Source: Mobula hypostoma (Eukaryota). Taken from it: DNA of 64,000 bases. Positions 13,018 to 27,228 of the stretch are shown piece by piece (positions within the stretch are counted from its first letter, which is position 1; each line of letters begins with the position of its first letter). The notes beneath the pieces are model-generated. The model saw only the letters and a list, made by a program, of their open reading frames with translations. It was not told the origin of the DNA and did not search any database. A program made the translations under genes and the position numbers. The stretch lies in assembly GCF_963921235.1 (NCBI RefSeq), contig NC_086097.1, positions 134,666,001-134,730,000 on the forward strand, written 5' to 3'.

Positions 13018-14099
13018 AAGGCCACACACTACATTGGGCTACTTCTGGGCTGCAAATTCCTTTCATAACATCTGAAGGATGAAGAGAGGGGTGTGATCCA
13101 AGAATCCAAACTCACAAAGGAAATTGTAAGAGGCACATGTTGAAGATTTTGTTTTAGTGATAAAATTAAAAGAATATAAAATCTCAAACTGACTCTGGCA
13201 GAAAAGTAATGGCTTAACTATTATGACTCCTGACTTCAGTAAGAGAATCCACACTAGTGCAATCAATATAGTCTTAAGGAACAGAAATGTCCTTATTTAG
13301 AAAGTGTGTTGAAAGTATTGAGTTCTTCTTCCCTGGATCTAATGTCAAAACATATGTGGGATGGCCCATGTTCATTCAGGTTAATTTATTTTGAGAGATC
13401 TTACTGGGACAACAAAAAATACGAAACTTAATTCTACCTCTAACAATATAACCTGAATAAATGTTGGTCTTCACAACAAAATTTCACATTCCATGAATGA
13501 ATTTTTGGAAAACAAGGGGTCTTTCTTAAATAAGCACATAACAGTAGGAGAGATCTCATTCTTCCACCATGTTATGATGAATATTCCTCCACAGCCCATT
13601 ACTTTAAAAGCATGCACATTTTGATCCTTTAAGATAAGATCTCAGCAAATGACAAATTTGAGAAACAGATGCACATGTTTCTCCAGTTCAGTATTACCAG
13701 TCACTGGTCAACAGCCCTAAGAATGGCTTTATCACCTGAAATTTGGTTATACGATAACAAAACCCTCATTATGCGTTATGAATTCTGGCATCTTACACAT
13801 GAAGGCAAACTAATGCACAAACAAGTGAGATGTGTTGGGATATTAACGAATCAGGTGATTTACTTGACATGGAATAATAACTTACTTTAATGTAACAAGA
13901 TATCTCAGCACAATTATCAAAATTTGGCATTAAGTCACATTGGAATACATTGCAGTATATAACCACGGGTTTGGTCAAACTGCTTGAAATTGGAAGTCTT
14001 AAAATTGGAAAGGCCAGTAGGAAGAGAAAGCTACAGCTTATAGAAATGCCAACCAAAGTAAAGACAGATTAAGTCAAGCAATTGAAATTGAGGAAGATT

Positions 14100-14465
14100 A
14101 AGAAATCTGAATTTGAAAGCAAATATTTTAGAGAAATATAGAAAAGCAAACTAGGGATATTAGATAGGGGATCACCGAGAGATTTTGACAACAATAGGCA
14201 GAACTCTAAAACTGATGCATTGTTTAACTGGGAGTCGAAGTAGACCAGCCAATTCTCATGGTTGGGTGTGACACAGCTCATGTTAGCACACAGGCAAGCA
14301 GAATTTTGGATGACCTTAAGTAAAAACAATAGCTGACCAGTAGTTATTTGGACCAATCAAGTTTGAGCATACAAAGGCACAAATGAGGGTTTCTGAAACA
14401 AAAGCACGAGTAACGTTATAGTGGATGTCAGTAGTTTCAGGTGATGTTGTGGATATGTGGTTCAT
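14100..14465 (-). mobile_element. Old L2 LINE ORF2 C-terminal fragment
   Basis: Degenerate PHIHNIT...ETLICAFV...LKVIQNSA motifs on minus. Confidence 0.65.
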
Positions 14466-14524
14466 TATGAATGAACAGAGCACCTGTCAATTATTTCCAG
14501 CCTCCTACACAAAGACTTAAATGC

Positions 14525-17500
14525 AGAAACATAGAAACATAGAAAATAGGTGCAGGAGTAGGCCATTTGGCCCTTCGAGCCTGCACCACCATTCAATATG
14601 ATCATGGCTGATCATCCAACTCAGAACCCTGTACCTGCCTTCTCTCCATACCCTCTGATCCCTTTAGCCACAAAGGCCATATCTAACTCCCTCTTAAATA
14701 TAGCCAATGAACTGGCATCAACTGTTTCCTGTGGCAGAAAATTCCACAGATTCACCACTCTCTGTGTGAAGTAGTTTTTCCTCATCTCAGTCCTAAAAGG
14801 CTTCCCCTTTATCCTTAAACTGTGACCCCTCGTTCTGGACTTCCCCAACATCAGGAACAATCTTCCTGCATCTAGCCTGTCCAATCCCTTTAGGATTTTA
14901 TACGTTTCAATAAGATCCCCCCCAATCTTCTAAATTCCAGTGAGTATAAGCCTAGTCGATCCAATCTTTCATCATATGAAAGTCCTACCATCCCAGGAAT
15001 TAATCTGGTGAACCTTCTTTGTACTCCCTCCAGGGCAAGAATGGCTTTCCTCAGATTAGGGGACCAAAACTGCATACAATACTCCAGGTGTGGTCTCATC
15101 AAGGCCTTGTACAACTGCAGTAGTACCTCCCTGCTCCTGTACTCGAATCCTCTTGCTATGAATGCCAGCATACCATTTGCCTTTTTTACCGCCTGCTGTA
15201 CCTGCATGCCCACTTTCAATGACTGGTGGATAATGACACCCAGGTCTCATTGCACCTCCCCTTTTCCTAATCGGCCACCATTCAAACAATATTCAGTTTT
15301 CCTGTTTTTGCCACCAAAGTGGATAACCTCACACTTATCCACATTAAATTGTATCTGCCATGACTTTGCCCACTCACCGAACCTATCCAAGTCACCCTGC
15401 ATCCTCTTAGCATCCTCCTCACAGCTAACACTGCCACCCAGCTTCGTGTCATCCGCAAACTTGGAGATGCTGCATTTAATTCCCTCATCTAAGTCATTAA
15501 TATACATTATAAACAACTGGAGTCGCAGCACTGAGCCTTGCGGTACCCCGCTAGGGGTACCCCTGCCATTCTGAAAAGGTCCCGTTTATTCCCACTCTTT
15601 GCTTCCTGTCTGCCAACCAATTCTCTATCCACATCAATACCTTACCCCCAATACCGTGTGCTTTAAGTTTGCACACTAATCTCCTGTGTGGGACCTTGTC
15701 AAAAGCCTTTTGAAAATCCAAATATACCACATCCACTGGTTCTCCCCTATCCACTCTACTAGTTACATCCTCAAAAAATTCTATGAGATTCGTCAGACAT
15801 GATTATCCTTTCACAAATCCATGCTGACTTTGTCCAATGATTTCACCGCCATCCAAATATGCTGTTATCTCATCTTTGATAACTGACTCTAGCATTTTCC
15901 CCACCACCAATGTTAGGCTAACAATTCCCCAGTTTCTCTCTCCCTCCTTTTTTAAAAAGTGCAGTTACATTAGCCACCCTCCAATCCTCAGGAACTAGTC
16001 CAGAATCTAAAGAGTTTTGAAAAATTATCACTAATGCATCCACTATTTCTTGGGCTACTTCCTTAAGCACTCTGGGATGCAGACCATCTGGCCCTGGGGA
16101 TTTATCTGCCTTTAATCCCTTCAATTTACCTAACACCACTTCCCTACTAACATGTATTTCCCTCAGTTACTCCATCTCACTAGACCCTCGGTCCCCTACT
16201 AATTCCGGAAATTATTTATGTCCTCCTTAGTGAAGACAGAACCAAAGTAGTTATTCAATTGGTCTGCCATGTCCTTGCTCCCCATAATCAATTCACCTGT
16301 TTCTGTCTGCAGGGGACCTACATTTGTCTTAACTAATCTTCTTCTTTTCACATATCTATAAAAGCTATCACAGTCAGTTTTTATGTTCCCTGCCAGTTTT
16401 CTCTCATAATCTTTTATCCCTTTCCTAATTAAGCCTTTTGTCCTCCTCTGCTGGACTCTGAATTTCTCCCAGTCCTCAGGTGAGCCGCTTTTTCTGGCTA
16501 ATTCGTATGTTTCTTCTTTGGAATTGATACTATCCCTAATTTCCCTTGTCAGCCACGGGTGCACTACCTTCCCTGGTTTATTCTTTTGCCAAACTGGGAT
16601 GAACAATTGTTGTAGTTCATCCATGTGATCTTTAAGTGCTTGCCATTGCATATCCACCGTCAACCCTTAAAGTATCATTTGCCAGTCTATCTTAGCTAAT
16701 TGACATCTCATACCTTCAAGGTTACCCTTCTTTAAGTTCAGAACCTTTGTTTCTGAATTAACTATGTCACTCTCCATCTTAATGAAGTATGCCACCATAT
16801 TATGATCACTCTTACCCAAGGGGCCTCTCACGTCAAGATTGCTAATTAACCCTTCCTCATTGCTCAATACCCAATCTAGAATGGCCTGCTCTCTAGTTGG
16901 TTCCTCGACATGTTGGTTTAGAAAACCATCCCGCATACATTCCAGGAAATCCTCTTCCTCAGCACCCTTACCAATTTGGTTCACCCAATCCATATGCAGA
17001 TTGAAGTCACCCTCCTTTATTGCACGCATTTCTAATTTCCTGTTGAATGTCATCACCAATCTCACTACTACTGTTAGGTGGCCTGTACACAACTCCCAAC
17101 AGCATTTTCTGCCCCTTAGTGTTATGCAGCTCTACCGATTCCACATTCTCCTGGCTAATGTCCTTCCTTTCTATTGCGTTAATCTCCTCTCTAACCAGCA
17201 ATGCTACCCCACCTCCTTTTCTTTCATGTCTATCCCTCCTGAATATTGAATATCCCTGAATGTTGAGCTCCCATCCTTGGTCACCCTGGAGCCATGTCTC
17301 TGTGATCCCAACTATATCAGATTCATTAATAACAATCTGCACTTTTAATTCATCAACCTTGTTACGAATGCTCCTTGCCTTGACACACAAAGCCTGCAGG
17401 CTTGCTTTTACAACACTCTTCGCCCTTATACAATTATGTTGAAAAGTGGCCCTTTTTGATTTTTGCCCTGGATTTGCCGGCCTGCCACTTTTACTTTTCA

Positions 17501-17815
17501 CCTTACTACTTATTGCTTCTACCCTCATTTTACACCCCTCTGTCTCTCTGCACTTGTTCCCATCCCCCTGCCACATTAGTTTAAATCCTCCTGAACAACA
17601 GTAGCAAATGTTCCCCCTAGGACATTGGTTCCAGTCCAGCCCAGGTGCAGACCGTCCTGTTTGTACTGGTCCCACCTCCTCCACAACTGGTTCCAATGCC
17701 CCAGAAATTTGAATCCCTCCCCTTGCACCATTTTTCAAGCCACGTATTCATCTGATGTATCTTCCTATTTCTACTCTGACTAGCACGTTGCACTGGTAGT
17801 AATCCAGAGATTAAA
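14525..17815 (-). mobile_element. CR1 LINE, about 3.3 kb: end of ORF1 (esterase-like), APE endonuclease and RT of ORF2, frameshifted
   Basis: ORFs with VGITETW, GVVYRPPN, GDFN, KSPGPDG, YLDFQKAFDKVPH, KFADDTK, RPHLEYCMQFWSP; ORF1-like ISGLLPV...NTWLEKWC; (atagaaac)n 3' tail. Confidence 0.95.
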
Positions 17816-17924
17816 ATCTTATCACTCAAATTTCTGAAGAAATTCACTCTCAGAAAGGAATATAAACAAATATTCCTTTATTTTTTTTCCCTTCTTCAAT
17901 ACCCAAGATCCCTTGTACAGAAAT

Positions 17925-18180
17925 GATTCAACTGGAAAATGATGTTCCTTGTTTTCAAATCCCTCGTGTCTTCTTCCAGCCCTACAATCCTCTGTTTCCT
18001 GCACCCCACTAATTCTAAACATCAGATTCTGGTCACTCCAATATTGTCAGCAATGTATTCAGTTGTCAGGTCCCAAAACATGACATCCCTCCTCAATCCC
18101 CCTGTTGCTTAATCATCTCCCCTTCTTTGAGGTGCTCCTTAAAACCTCTTTCTCTCTGGTCAACCTTCTTTCTTTGCCTT
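17925..18180 (+). mobile_element. Old L2 LINE 3' fragment
   Basis: ccttgttttcaaatccctc...ccagccctacaatcctc...ctccttaaaacct; resembles 38270-38490. Confidence 0.55.
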
Positions 18181-19619
18181 TTGTACAGGAGCACAAGAAA
18201 ATAGGAACAGGAGTTGGCCAGTTGGCTCCTCTAATCTGGCTCATCGTTCTGTACGATCATGGCTAATCTATCTCAGTCCTCAGCTTCTTCCTTGTGTGAA
18301 CCAAGTGACAAATGTATTATCATGAGTTTTGCCTGTGTGCATTTAAACAAAAATTGACTGAGCACTGCTCTCGTTGTTTGTCCTTGAGAAATTCATAATT
18401 AAGTTTTTCAATACCATGTACTAACCTAACTAAACTACGGTATAGATCATTGGAAATTAGGTTGAAATGTCAAAATTTTGAATTTTCTGAATACCTGTTT
18501 AATTCTACAAGAGTTTCAATTTGTCTCATACAGAATGAAAATGATTCCAAACAATGCTTATCAAAAAATCCTCACGATTACATTAAGCTGTGGAGAATAT
18601 GCTAAATTGCTAGTTTTCACAGCATTATGAAAAGGTGTCTGTTTACTTCCAAGCACTATAAATAATGCTACCTGCCTATCAGAAATGGATGATGTATCTT
18701 TAAAAACTAGACATCTCAGCACACGTGCACACCCCTACGTTGATTGCACACCCATTCTACTGTATATAAAAGTGTTTACAAAACCTATTATAGATAGAAA
18801 TAAACAGCATACAATTACATTTTACTAATGACAGTACTAATTACCCAAATAGAAATGCTCACAATTGTTTTAGTAATTTTAAGTGATTTTTAGATGTCCA
18901 ATTATCTTGTGTTTGAGAAAACAAAATGGTGCTAAACATTTTGATGAAAGGTAGGTTATTACAACTGTCATTGTACCAAGACAGTTCATACACTTCATTG
19001 AGCTGTTTAGTGTTTACTAATTGATTATTAAACAAATAAGGACTATTCTTTAATTCCACTTGTTCTGCGGAATACAATTAAACTAGTCATCGTCCCCAGC
19101 ACCACCATCACCCCAGGGTGCAACCTTGTTTCTTTCAATTTAAAGGCTTCATGTACAAATCTTCCCCAATTGTCCATTGCAAATTACAAATAGTCATCAA
19201 CTAAATACAAAGGTTTCAAAACCAGATTTTGACACACACCCAAGAAAAATATTACATAGGATACACATAACAGAACTAAAAAAAATCAAGGAAAAGTGCA
19301 AGATGACCCAAGATAAATCAGGAGTGATAGAGCTATCTAGAGCTATCTGGATGTGGAGTTATTATTTTCCACCACAGTTCTCACAGTCTCAATAAACTGC
19401 TGGTAAACCTTATGATTAGAATTAGAATTATGAAGAAAGGCTGATAGCAAAGCTTGGTACAAACTATGTCAGAGAGCTGTAATTGATCTGTACCAGGTTT
19501 TATAACCCATCTCCTTTTCATTTAAAAGTAAGTGGTGCAATGGCATCATGATGCTTTGCACCACTTATCTGTCCAAACATCAGATCAATTTGCACTAGTA
19601 TTATTCAACAAGTTAAAAG

Positions 19620-19930
19620 AAAACAACTTGCATTTTTACAGCTACTTTACCAACCTCAGGATGTCCTCAAAACACCTTAGAGCCAATGAAGCAGTTTAGG
19701 GTTATTGTTGTAATGTAGGAAGCATTTAGATTAGATTAGATTCAACTTTATTGTCATTGTGCAGAGTACAGACACAAAGCCAATGAAATGCAGCTATTTT
19801 GCACACAATGAGCTCCCATACACAGCAATGCAATACTGGATTTGGTAATTTTGATCAAGAAACAGATATTAGTCCTAGGACACTGTGTATAGATATCCTG
19901 CTCTTCAGAAAAGGCACCTCCAGCAGATTT
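19620..19930 (-). mobile_element. Deu-domain-like SINE remnant with nested LINE tail ((ttaga)n, about 19725-19790)
   Basis: aacttgcattt...caggatgtcctcaaa...gccaatgaag...gcacacaatgagctcccatacacagcaatg; resembles 52805-53205. Confidence 0.55.
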
Positions 19931-21904
19931 GGTGTTGGGAACTATAAGCAATATTTAACTAGCTAATGTAACACAGATTTAGGGAGATGGTTATGCTTAG
20001 TTGAAAAGGCAAGATTCAGAAGAGGTGAGACACAGGTATTTAAGTAAGAAATTCCTGACTGAAAGTCTGTAGCAGTTGAAGAACATTAGTAGTAAAAAGA
20101 TGGGACAAGAGATGTAGGCAAAGGACAGGATGGGATGGTGGCGGGGGTGGGGGTGACAGTTTCAGAAGCTGAACTGAAAATAGCAATCAGTGGCTGCCTG
20201 GTTTAATTGGTTTCTCTTTTAACAGATTACACTCCATTTGCTGAATTCTTTAGGCACCTTCCATTCTTGAAACATAGCCAAGATTTGAGTTGGGACAGAG
20301 GCTAGAATGTAGCCACAGTTAGGGCAGGAGTTCAGGCACAAGAAGGGAAAAAACATCCAAAAAGGGCATGCTCCTATTAATGCAACAATAGAAGCACATT
20401 TATCACCATGAATTTATGGGCAGAGTCACACAAAGCAGAACTATGCTGACCCCTGGTACATTAGAGATCTGCCTGGGTCTAAACCTGAACCTCCAATGCA
20501 AACCCAACCAAACCAAGGCTAATTCAACCACAGTCTGACAGAACCATGACAATAAAAACTCAACCGTAAGACCATAAAGTATAGGGGCAGTAGGCCTTTC
20601 GGCCCATCAAGTCTGCTCCGCCATTCAATCATGGAATCTAAATCCATCCATGGCCTATCTAAACCAAACTGAACCATGGCCAAATCAGAACCAAGTCAAA
20701 CATAAGGACTTAATTTTTGTTTTGATACCCAACACATACAGCCAGATCATCCTTTGCTTGGGTTGGGTAAGTATAAAGCCTTTTATTGCATTTATTCGTC
20801 AAGAGCCAGCCTGGCCCAGGCGTAAAGACATCATTTGACATACAAAGTATATACACAGATGCTTGGCTTAGCTTGGATAGCCAGCTGTATTGCAAGTCCA
20901 GTCACCCCCCTCTCTCAATGGCACTGTGTAATCTAAGAAGAGTGGATATTCAGGACAGCAATATAGAGATTGATAATCCACAGCAGGGGAGGTGCTGAGG
21001 AGAGACAAGTTTGGTAGGAAAAGAAACACTCATGGCTAATAACATAATCTATTATCTCACTATTACTTTAATCAGATGGTTTTGAGACAACAACCTGCTG
21101 ATAGAGAAACTATTTCTCCTGCTGGTCTAGAGGCAACTCTGAATTTTTTATGAAGAAAACTTTTTAAATAATTCATATTTCTTATTATACATTTTCAATT
21201 TAGGAAGACAAGAGCTTTTATCAGTTTAAGGAAAGAGAACTACACTAATAATGAATACTTTAGTTGTATTTGACACACTTTTGTACCGTTTAATAAAATG
21301 CATTGTTCTAATTTTTGTATTGCTAAGTACAAGTAATGACAAACTTAGTGTCAAGAAGACTCAGCAACTCAAACAAGAAAATGTAAATTGTGCAAAGGAA
21401 ATTATAAATAAATAGATGACATGTATTCACATATTGGATTACATGCAGGGTCATTACTGACCCATGCCTGTATTCTCACCATATATTGCACAAATTACTT
21501 CATGCTGCATATTGGTTCTCCCTGCTCAACTCATGCCCTGTGGAAAAATAAGCTGGAGTGCTAATGATGACTCCACATCTTGCCAAAGACAATGAGCACC
21601 TACACAGCTGAATGCACAGTTGTGCTGTGAGAGTGCTCTCAAGCAAGAGCTGTAATCACTGGACTGCTAGCTCACCCCTCAACACCAGTGAAGGCGAGCG
21701 GCTACTGTATTTACTCTTATCTATGACAAACAGGTCGCAGCACTAAGTTACAATTACAACAATAAATGACAACAACTTCTTACAGTTACACAGCGTATTA
21801 ACGCAGTAAAACATTCCAAGATCATTGAAACAAAATTTGACCTATAGACAGGCACGAAACTGGGGCACACAATTGAAAGCTTAAAACTGTAGATTTTATG
21901 GAGG

Positions 21905-22052
21905 CACAAGAGACTGCTGGAATCTGAGGCAAGAAATAAAATGTTGAAGGAAATCAGCCAGTCAAGCAGCACATGTAGAGGGAAATGGACAGTTGACATT
22001 TTGAAACATTGTTTGTCCATTTCCCTCCACAGATGCTGCCTGACCCAGGACT
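21905..22052. mobile_element. Old Penelope-type hairpin remnant inside a minus-strand L2 tail
   Basis: gtcaagcagcacatgtagagggaaatggaca and tgtccatttccctccacagatgctgcctgac are imperfect inverted arms. Confidence 0.65.
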
Positions 22053-23079
22053 TTCTTTGTTTTGGTAAATTTTATATGATGATTTTAGCAAAAATGAGAA
22101 AGAAATGGATAGAGATTAGGAGCAGAGTTCCAGCTTTAGGACCAAGCCAGCTAAAGCAGTAGTCTGTGTGGAGGAATAAGAATAGAGGATGAGCAAGAGA
22201 GTTGGAGGGAGGGTTTAGAATGATGTAGACCACATGAAGGTAGATGTGCAAATTGGCACCATAGCCATTAGACGTTGTAGCCTGCAGTGCCCGTACCTAT
22301 GCTGTACTCTGCTAAGGGAAGCTCAAAAAGGTGGAAGACCAGAAGACCAAACCCACACAGTTGGAATTGAAAACATGGTTCCCAATTAGCTATGAAATTT
22401 CTCATCCAACACTGGTCAGCAAAGTCAAGGGTGACAGGCAAACAGGACTTTACGTACATGAGAGAACAAGCAGCAGGGTTTTGCAGTGTGATAGATGGAT
22501 GGCTGACAAGGACTTATGGTAACAAAGGAATCAGGTATCAGTGATTAGCTGAAAAAGCAGTTACTAGCATTCTTATTGATGACACAGAGATACAATGTGA
22601 ACAGGGAAAAAGTTAATTTGAGGTCAGCTGTACAAGGTAATCAACTAACCAAATTCATTCAAAAGTCGAACTTTCAATTGCAAAGATGCAGAAGGACTTT
22701 TGTCCCTCACTGTATACAGTCAAAGTTATATTTATATATTACTGGGCTTTAAATGAAATTGCAACGCAACATAATAAATAGTGCTTTGCATGTTAGAGGA
22801 GAAAAGTGGTTTGCTGTCTTCTTGATGCAGCAGGTATTCAGCAATAAAGGATAACAGCTCACTCTGGAACTTTGCACCAGAAGGATTTGTGCTTCCTCAC
22901 TGGTACAAGCACCACGACTTCCAGACAATGAAACTGACACACAAGGTTATTCCCTTTGGAAGAATATCAGAAATCATATACCAATCAACTCAGGACTCTC
23001 TTGTGAGACTCTGTGCATATTTTTGGAAAAACTCCAGGAAGTGGTGCCTGTAAATGGAAACCTGTTCAGTCATACCTGG

Positions 23080-23665
23080 ATCAGAATCAGAATGAGGTTG
23101 AAGATCACCGGCATATGCTGTGAAATTTGTTAACTTTGCAGCAGCAGTACAGTGCAATACATTATAAATAAACAAGAAAATCTGAATTAAAGTATATGTA
23201 TATTAAATAGTTAAATTAAGCTAGGTAGTACAAAAAACAGAATTTTTTTAAAGAAGCAGTGAGGGTTCATGGGTTCCATGTCCTTTTAGAAATCAGATGG
23301 CAGAGGGAAAGAATCTGTTCCTCAATCATTGGGTGCATGCCCGCGGGCTTCTGTACCTCCTTCCTGATGGTAACAATGAGAAGAGAGCTTTTCCTGGGTG
23401 GTGATGTCCTTGATGCTGGAAGCCACTGTAATGAGGCACCACTCTTTGAAGATGTCCTGGATACTATGGAGGCTACTGCCCATAATGGAGCTGACTAATT
23501 TTACAAATCTCTACAACTTACTTTGATCCTGTGCAGTAGCCAGATGGTGATGCACCCAGTCAGAATACCCTCCACAGTATATCTGTAGAAGTTTGCTCTT
23601 GGTGACAAACCAAATCTACTCAAACTCCTGATGAAATATAGCTGCTGTCTTGCCTTCTTTATAGA
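23080..23665 (-). mobile_element. Rex1/Babar-like LINE 3' fragment
   Basis: KKARQQLYFIRSLSRFGLSP..NFYRYTVEGILTGCIT; (tcagaa)n tail. Confidence 0.85.
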
Positions 23666-24317
23666 ATATTCCCCAATTTGTATCAAGTTAAATAGATAAA
23701 ATGTCAAATGTACATTTCTGGTGATCTCTCTCACTAGATTACCTCAGTTCCGTTAACTAATTTCATTCACATTTCTACAAAACAATCCTGGATGCTACCA
23801 AATGAATTTTCTCTTATCTCTTAAACACCATTCCTCATACATTTTAATCTATTCATCCAAGCAAATTTTAATACCATGACTGTAATGATATCACAGATAA
23901 TATTGCTGCACTTATCCAGTAATCAACTGGATCAAGTCTACTATCCATCTGGGGCACAGCTTAAACAAGAAGCTCAATGGGTGCAATCTCTCATTACTTA
24001 AGTATAAAAAGATAACATCAACAAAGTCTTGTTCCAAATTTCAGGGAGATCATGTTGATCCCCTCAGTGGTGGGCGGGGGATTAACCATGTCACTACAAA
24101 ATCGAAAGGAAATGCAAGGGACCATCAAGACCTCACTGCATTGAGAGAGGACCAGCTCCAAGCACATTGGTTGTCCAGTTTCCAGGTCAAGGAATGAAGT
24201 GAAACTAAATAGTACACATTTTCATAAACGGTCTAATGTCTCATTATGTTTCAATAACTATGTTGATAATTGGGCAAAAACTAGAAAAAAAAGAGGAAGC
24301 ATTCCAATTGGTATGAT

Positions 24318-26830
24318 TTAGAAACATAGTAAACCTACAGCACAATACAGGCCCTTCGGCCCACAAAGCTGTGCCAAACATGTCCTTACCTTAGAAATTA
24401 CCTAGGATTACCCATAGCCCTCTATTTTTCTAAGCTCCATAACTTATCCAGGAGACTCTTAAAAGACCCTATCGTATCCGCCTTCACCACCGTCGCGGGC
24501 AGCCCATTCCATGCACTCACCACTCTCTGTGTAAAGAAATTTACCCCTGACATATCCTCTGTACCTACTTCCAAGCACCTTAAAACTGCGCCCTCTCGTG
24601 CTAGCCATTTCAGCCCTGGGAAAAAGCCTCTGACTATCCACATGATCAATGCCTCTCATCACCTTGTACACCTCTATCAGGTCACCTCTCATCCTCCGTC
24701 ACTCCAAGGAGAAAAGGCCGAGTTCACTCAACCTATTCTCATAAGGCTCCACAATCCAGGCAATCTAGGTAGATCTCCTCTGACCCTTTCTATGGTTTCC
24801 ACATCCTTCCTGCAGTAAGGCAACCAGAACTGAGCACAGTATTCCACATGGCATCTGACCAGGGTCCTATATAGCTGCAACATTATCTCTCGGCTCCTAA
24901 ACTCAATCCCACGATTGATGAAGGCCAATGCACCGTATACTTTCTTAACCACAAAGTCAACCTGTGCAGCAGTTTTGAGTGTCCTATGGACTCAGACCCA
25001 AAGATCCCTCTGATCCTTCACACTGCCAAGAATCTTACCATTAATACTATATTCTGCCATGACATTTGACCTACCAAAATGAACCACCTCACACTTATCT
25101 AGGTTGAACTCCATCTGCCACTTCTCAGCCCAGTTCTGCATCCTATCAATGTCCCACTGTAACCTCTGACAGCCATCCACATTATCCACAACACCCCCAA
25201 CCTTTGTGTCATCAGCAAATTTACTAATCCATCCCTCCACTTCTTCATCCAGGTCATTTATAAAAATCATGAAGAGGTAGGGGTCCCAGAAGAGATCCCT
25301 GAGGCATACCACTGGTCACCGACCTCCATGCACAATATGACCTGTCTTCAACCACTCTTTGCCTTCTGTGAGCAAGCCAGTTCTGGATCCACACAGCAAT
25401 GTCCCCTTGGATCCCATGCCTCCTTACTTTCTCAATAAGCCTTGCATAGGGTACACGTGTCAAATGCCTTGCTGAAATCCATATACACTATACCTACTGC
25501 TCTACATTCATCAATGTGTTTAGTCACATCCTCAAAAAATTCAATCAGGCTTGTAAGGCACGACCTACCTTTGACAAAGCCATGCTGACTACTAATCATA
25601 TTATCCCTCTCCAAATGTTCATAAATCCTGTCTCTCAGGATCTTCTCCATCAACTTACCAACCACTGAAGTGAGACTTATTGGTCTATAATTTCCCGGGC
25701 AATCTCTACTCCCTTTCTTGAATAAGGGAACAACATCTGCAACCCTCCAATCCTCTGGAACCTCTTCCGTCCTCATTGATGATGCAAAGATCATCGCCAC
25801 AGGCTCAGCAATCTCCTCCCTCACCTCTCACAGTAGCCTAGGGTGCATTTCGTCCAGTCCCGGTGACTTACCCAACTTCATGATTTCCAAAAGCTCCTGC
25901 ACATCCTCTTTCTTAAAATCTACATGCTCAAGCTGTAAGTCATCCCTACAAATCGCCTAAATCCTTTTCCATAGTGAATACTGAAGCAAAGTATTCATTA
26001 AGTATCTCGACTACCTCCTCTGGTTCCATACACACTTTTCCATTGTTACACTTGATTGGTCCTATTTTCTCACATCTTATCCTCTTGCTCTTCACATACC
26101 TGTAGAATGCCTTGGGGTTTTCCTTAATCCTGTCCACCAAGGCCCCTTCTGGCTCTCCTAATTTCACTCTTAAGCTTCTTCTTGCTAGCCTTATAATCTT
26201 CTAGATCTCTATCTTTATCTAGTTTTTTGAACCTTTCATTAGCTCTTCTTTTCTTCCTGATTAGATTTACAACACGGTTCCTGTACCCTACCATCCTTTC
26301 CCTGTCTCATTGGAACACACCTATACAGAACTCCATGCAAATATCCCCTGAATATTTGCCATATTCCTTCCATACATTTCTCTGAGAACATCTGTTCCCA
26401 ATTTATGCTTCCAGGTTCCTGCCTGATAGCTTCATATTTCCCTTACTTCCAAGATCTTGCCTGATAAACTCATATTTTCTAACTTGTCTGTTCCTATCCC
26501 TCTCCAATGCTATAGTAAAGGAGTTAGAATTGTGATCACTATCTCCAAAATTTTTTCCCACTGAGAGATCTGACACCTGACCAGGTTCATTTCCCAATAC
26601 CAGATCAAGTACAGCCCCTCCTCTTGTAGGCTTATCTACATATTGTGTCAGGAAACCTTCCTCAACACACCTAACAAACTCCACCCCATCTGAACCCCTC
26701 GCTCTAGGGAGATGCCAATCGATATTTGGGAAATTAAAATCACCCACCATAGCAACCTTGTTATGATTACACCTTTCTGGAATCTGTCTCCCTATCTGCT
26801 CCTCGATGTCCCTGTTACTATTGGGTGACA
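24318..26830 (-). mobile_element. CR1 LINE (second subfamily), about 2.5 kb, EN and RT, 5'-truncated and frameshifted
   Basis: VGDFNFPNIDW, LDLVL, GDSDHN, NYRPISLTSVVGK, YMDFSKAFD, KFADDTK, HVEYCAQFW; atagaaac-type tail. Confidence 0.95.
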
Positions 26831-27049
26831 AGGGGTGTTTCCTGGGCATCTGCACAGAACTGTTAGCTTTTTTTTTCAAAAAAACACACGTACTTGGAGA
26901 TGGAGCTGTTCATCCCTGCTGCAAATGCTTGCTAGGAAGTGCAATTTGCGTGTATAGGCCACCCCTGGGTAATGAACAAATTCCATTTTGAGAGCATCCT
27001 TAACACAATTTTGTCTACAAGCTCAAAAATAAACAACATCATTTCATTG

Positions 27050-27228
27050 TCGTTCCTTCACTGTCGCTGGGTCAAAATCAGGGAATTCCCTCCCTAACAG
27101 CACTGCAGGTGCACCTACAGCTCAGGGACTGCAGCGATTCATCACCACCTTCTCAAGGGCAACCAGGGATGAACAATAAATGTTGGCTTAGCTGGCGACG
27201 CCCACATCCCGTAAATGAATTTTAAAAA
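27050..27228 (+). mobile_element. Non-LTR retroelement 3' end (family not assigned)
   Basis: ttccttcactgtcgctgggtcaaaatc..ggaattccctccctaacagcactg...caataaatgttggc...gcccacatcccgtaaatgaattttaaaaa, which I recognise as a LINE terminus. Confidence 0.6.

Noticed and set aside
20460..20775. AACC-rich stretch as a DNA transposon or telomere-like repeat
   Set aside because: No clear TIR/TSD pair or regular period could be established; it only contains a short CR1 tail at about 20570-20635.
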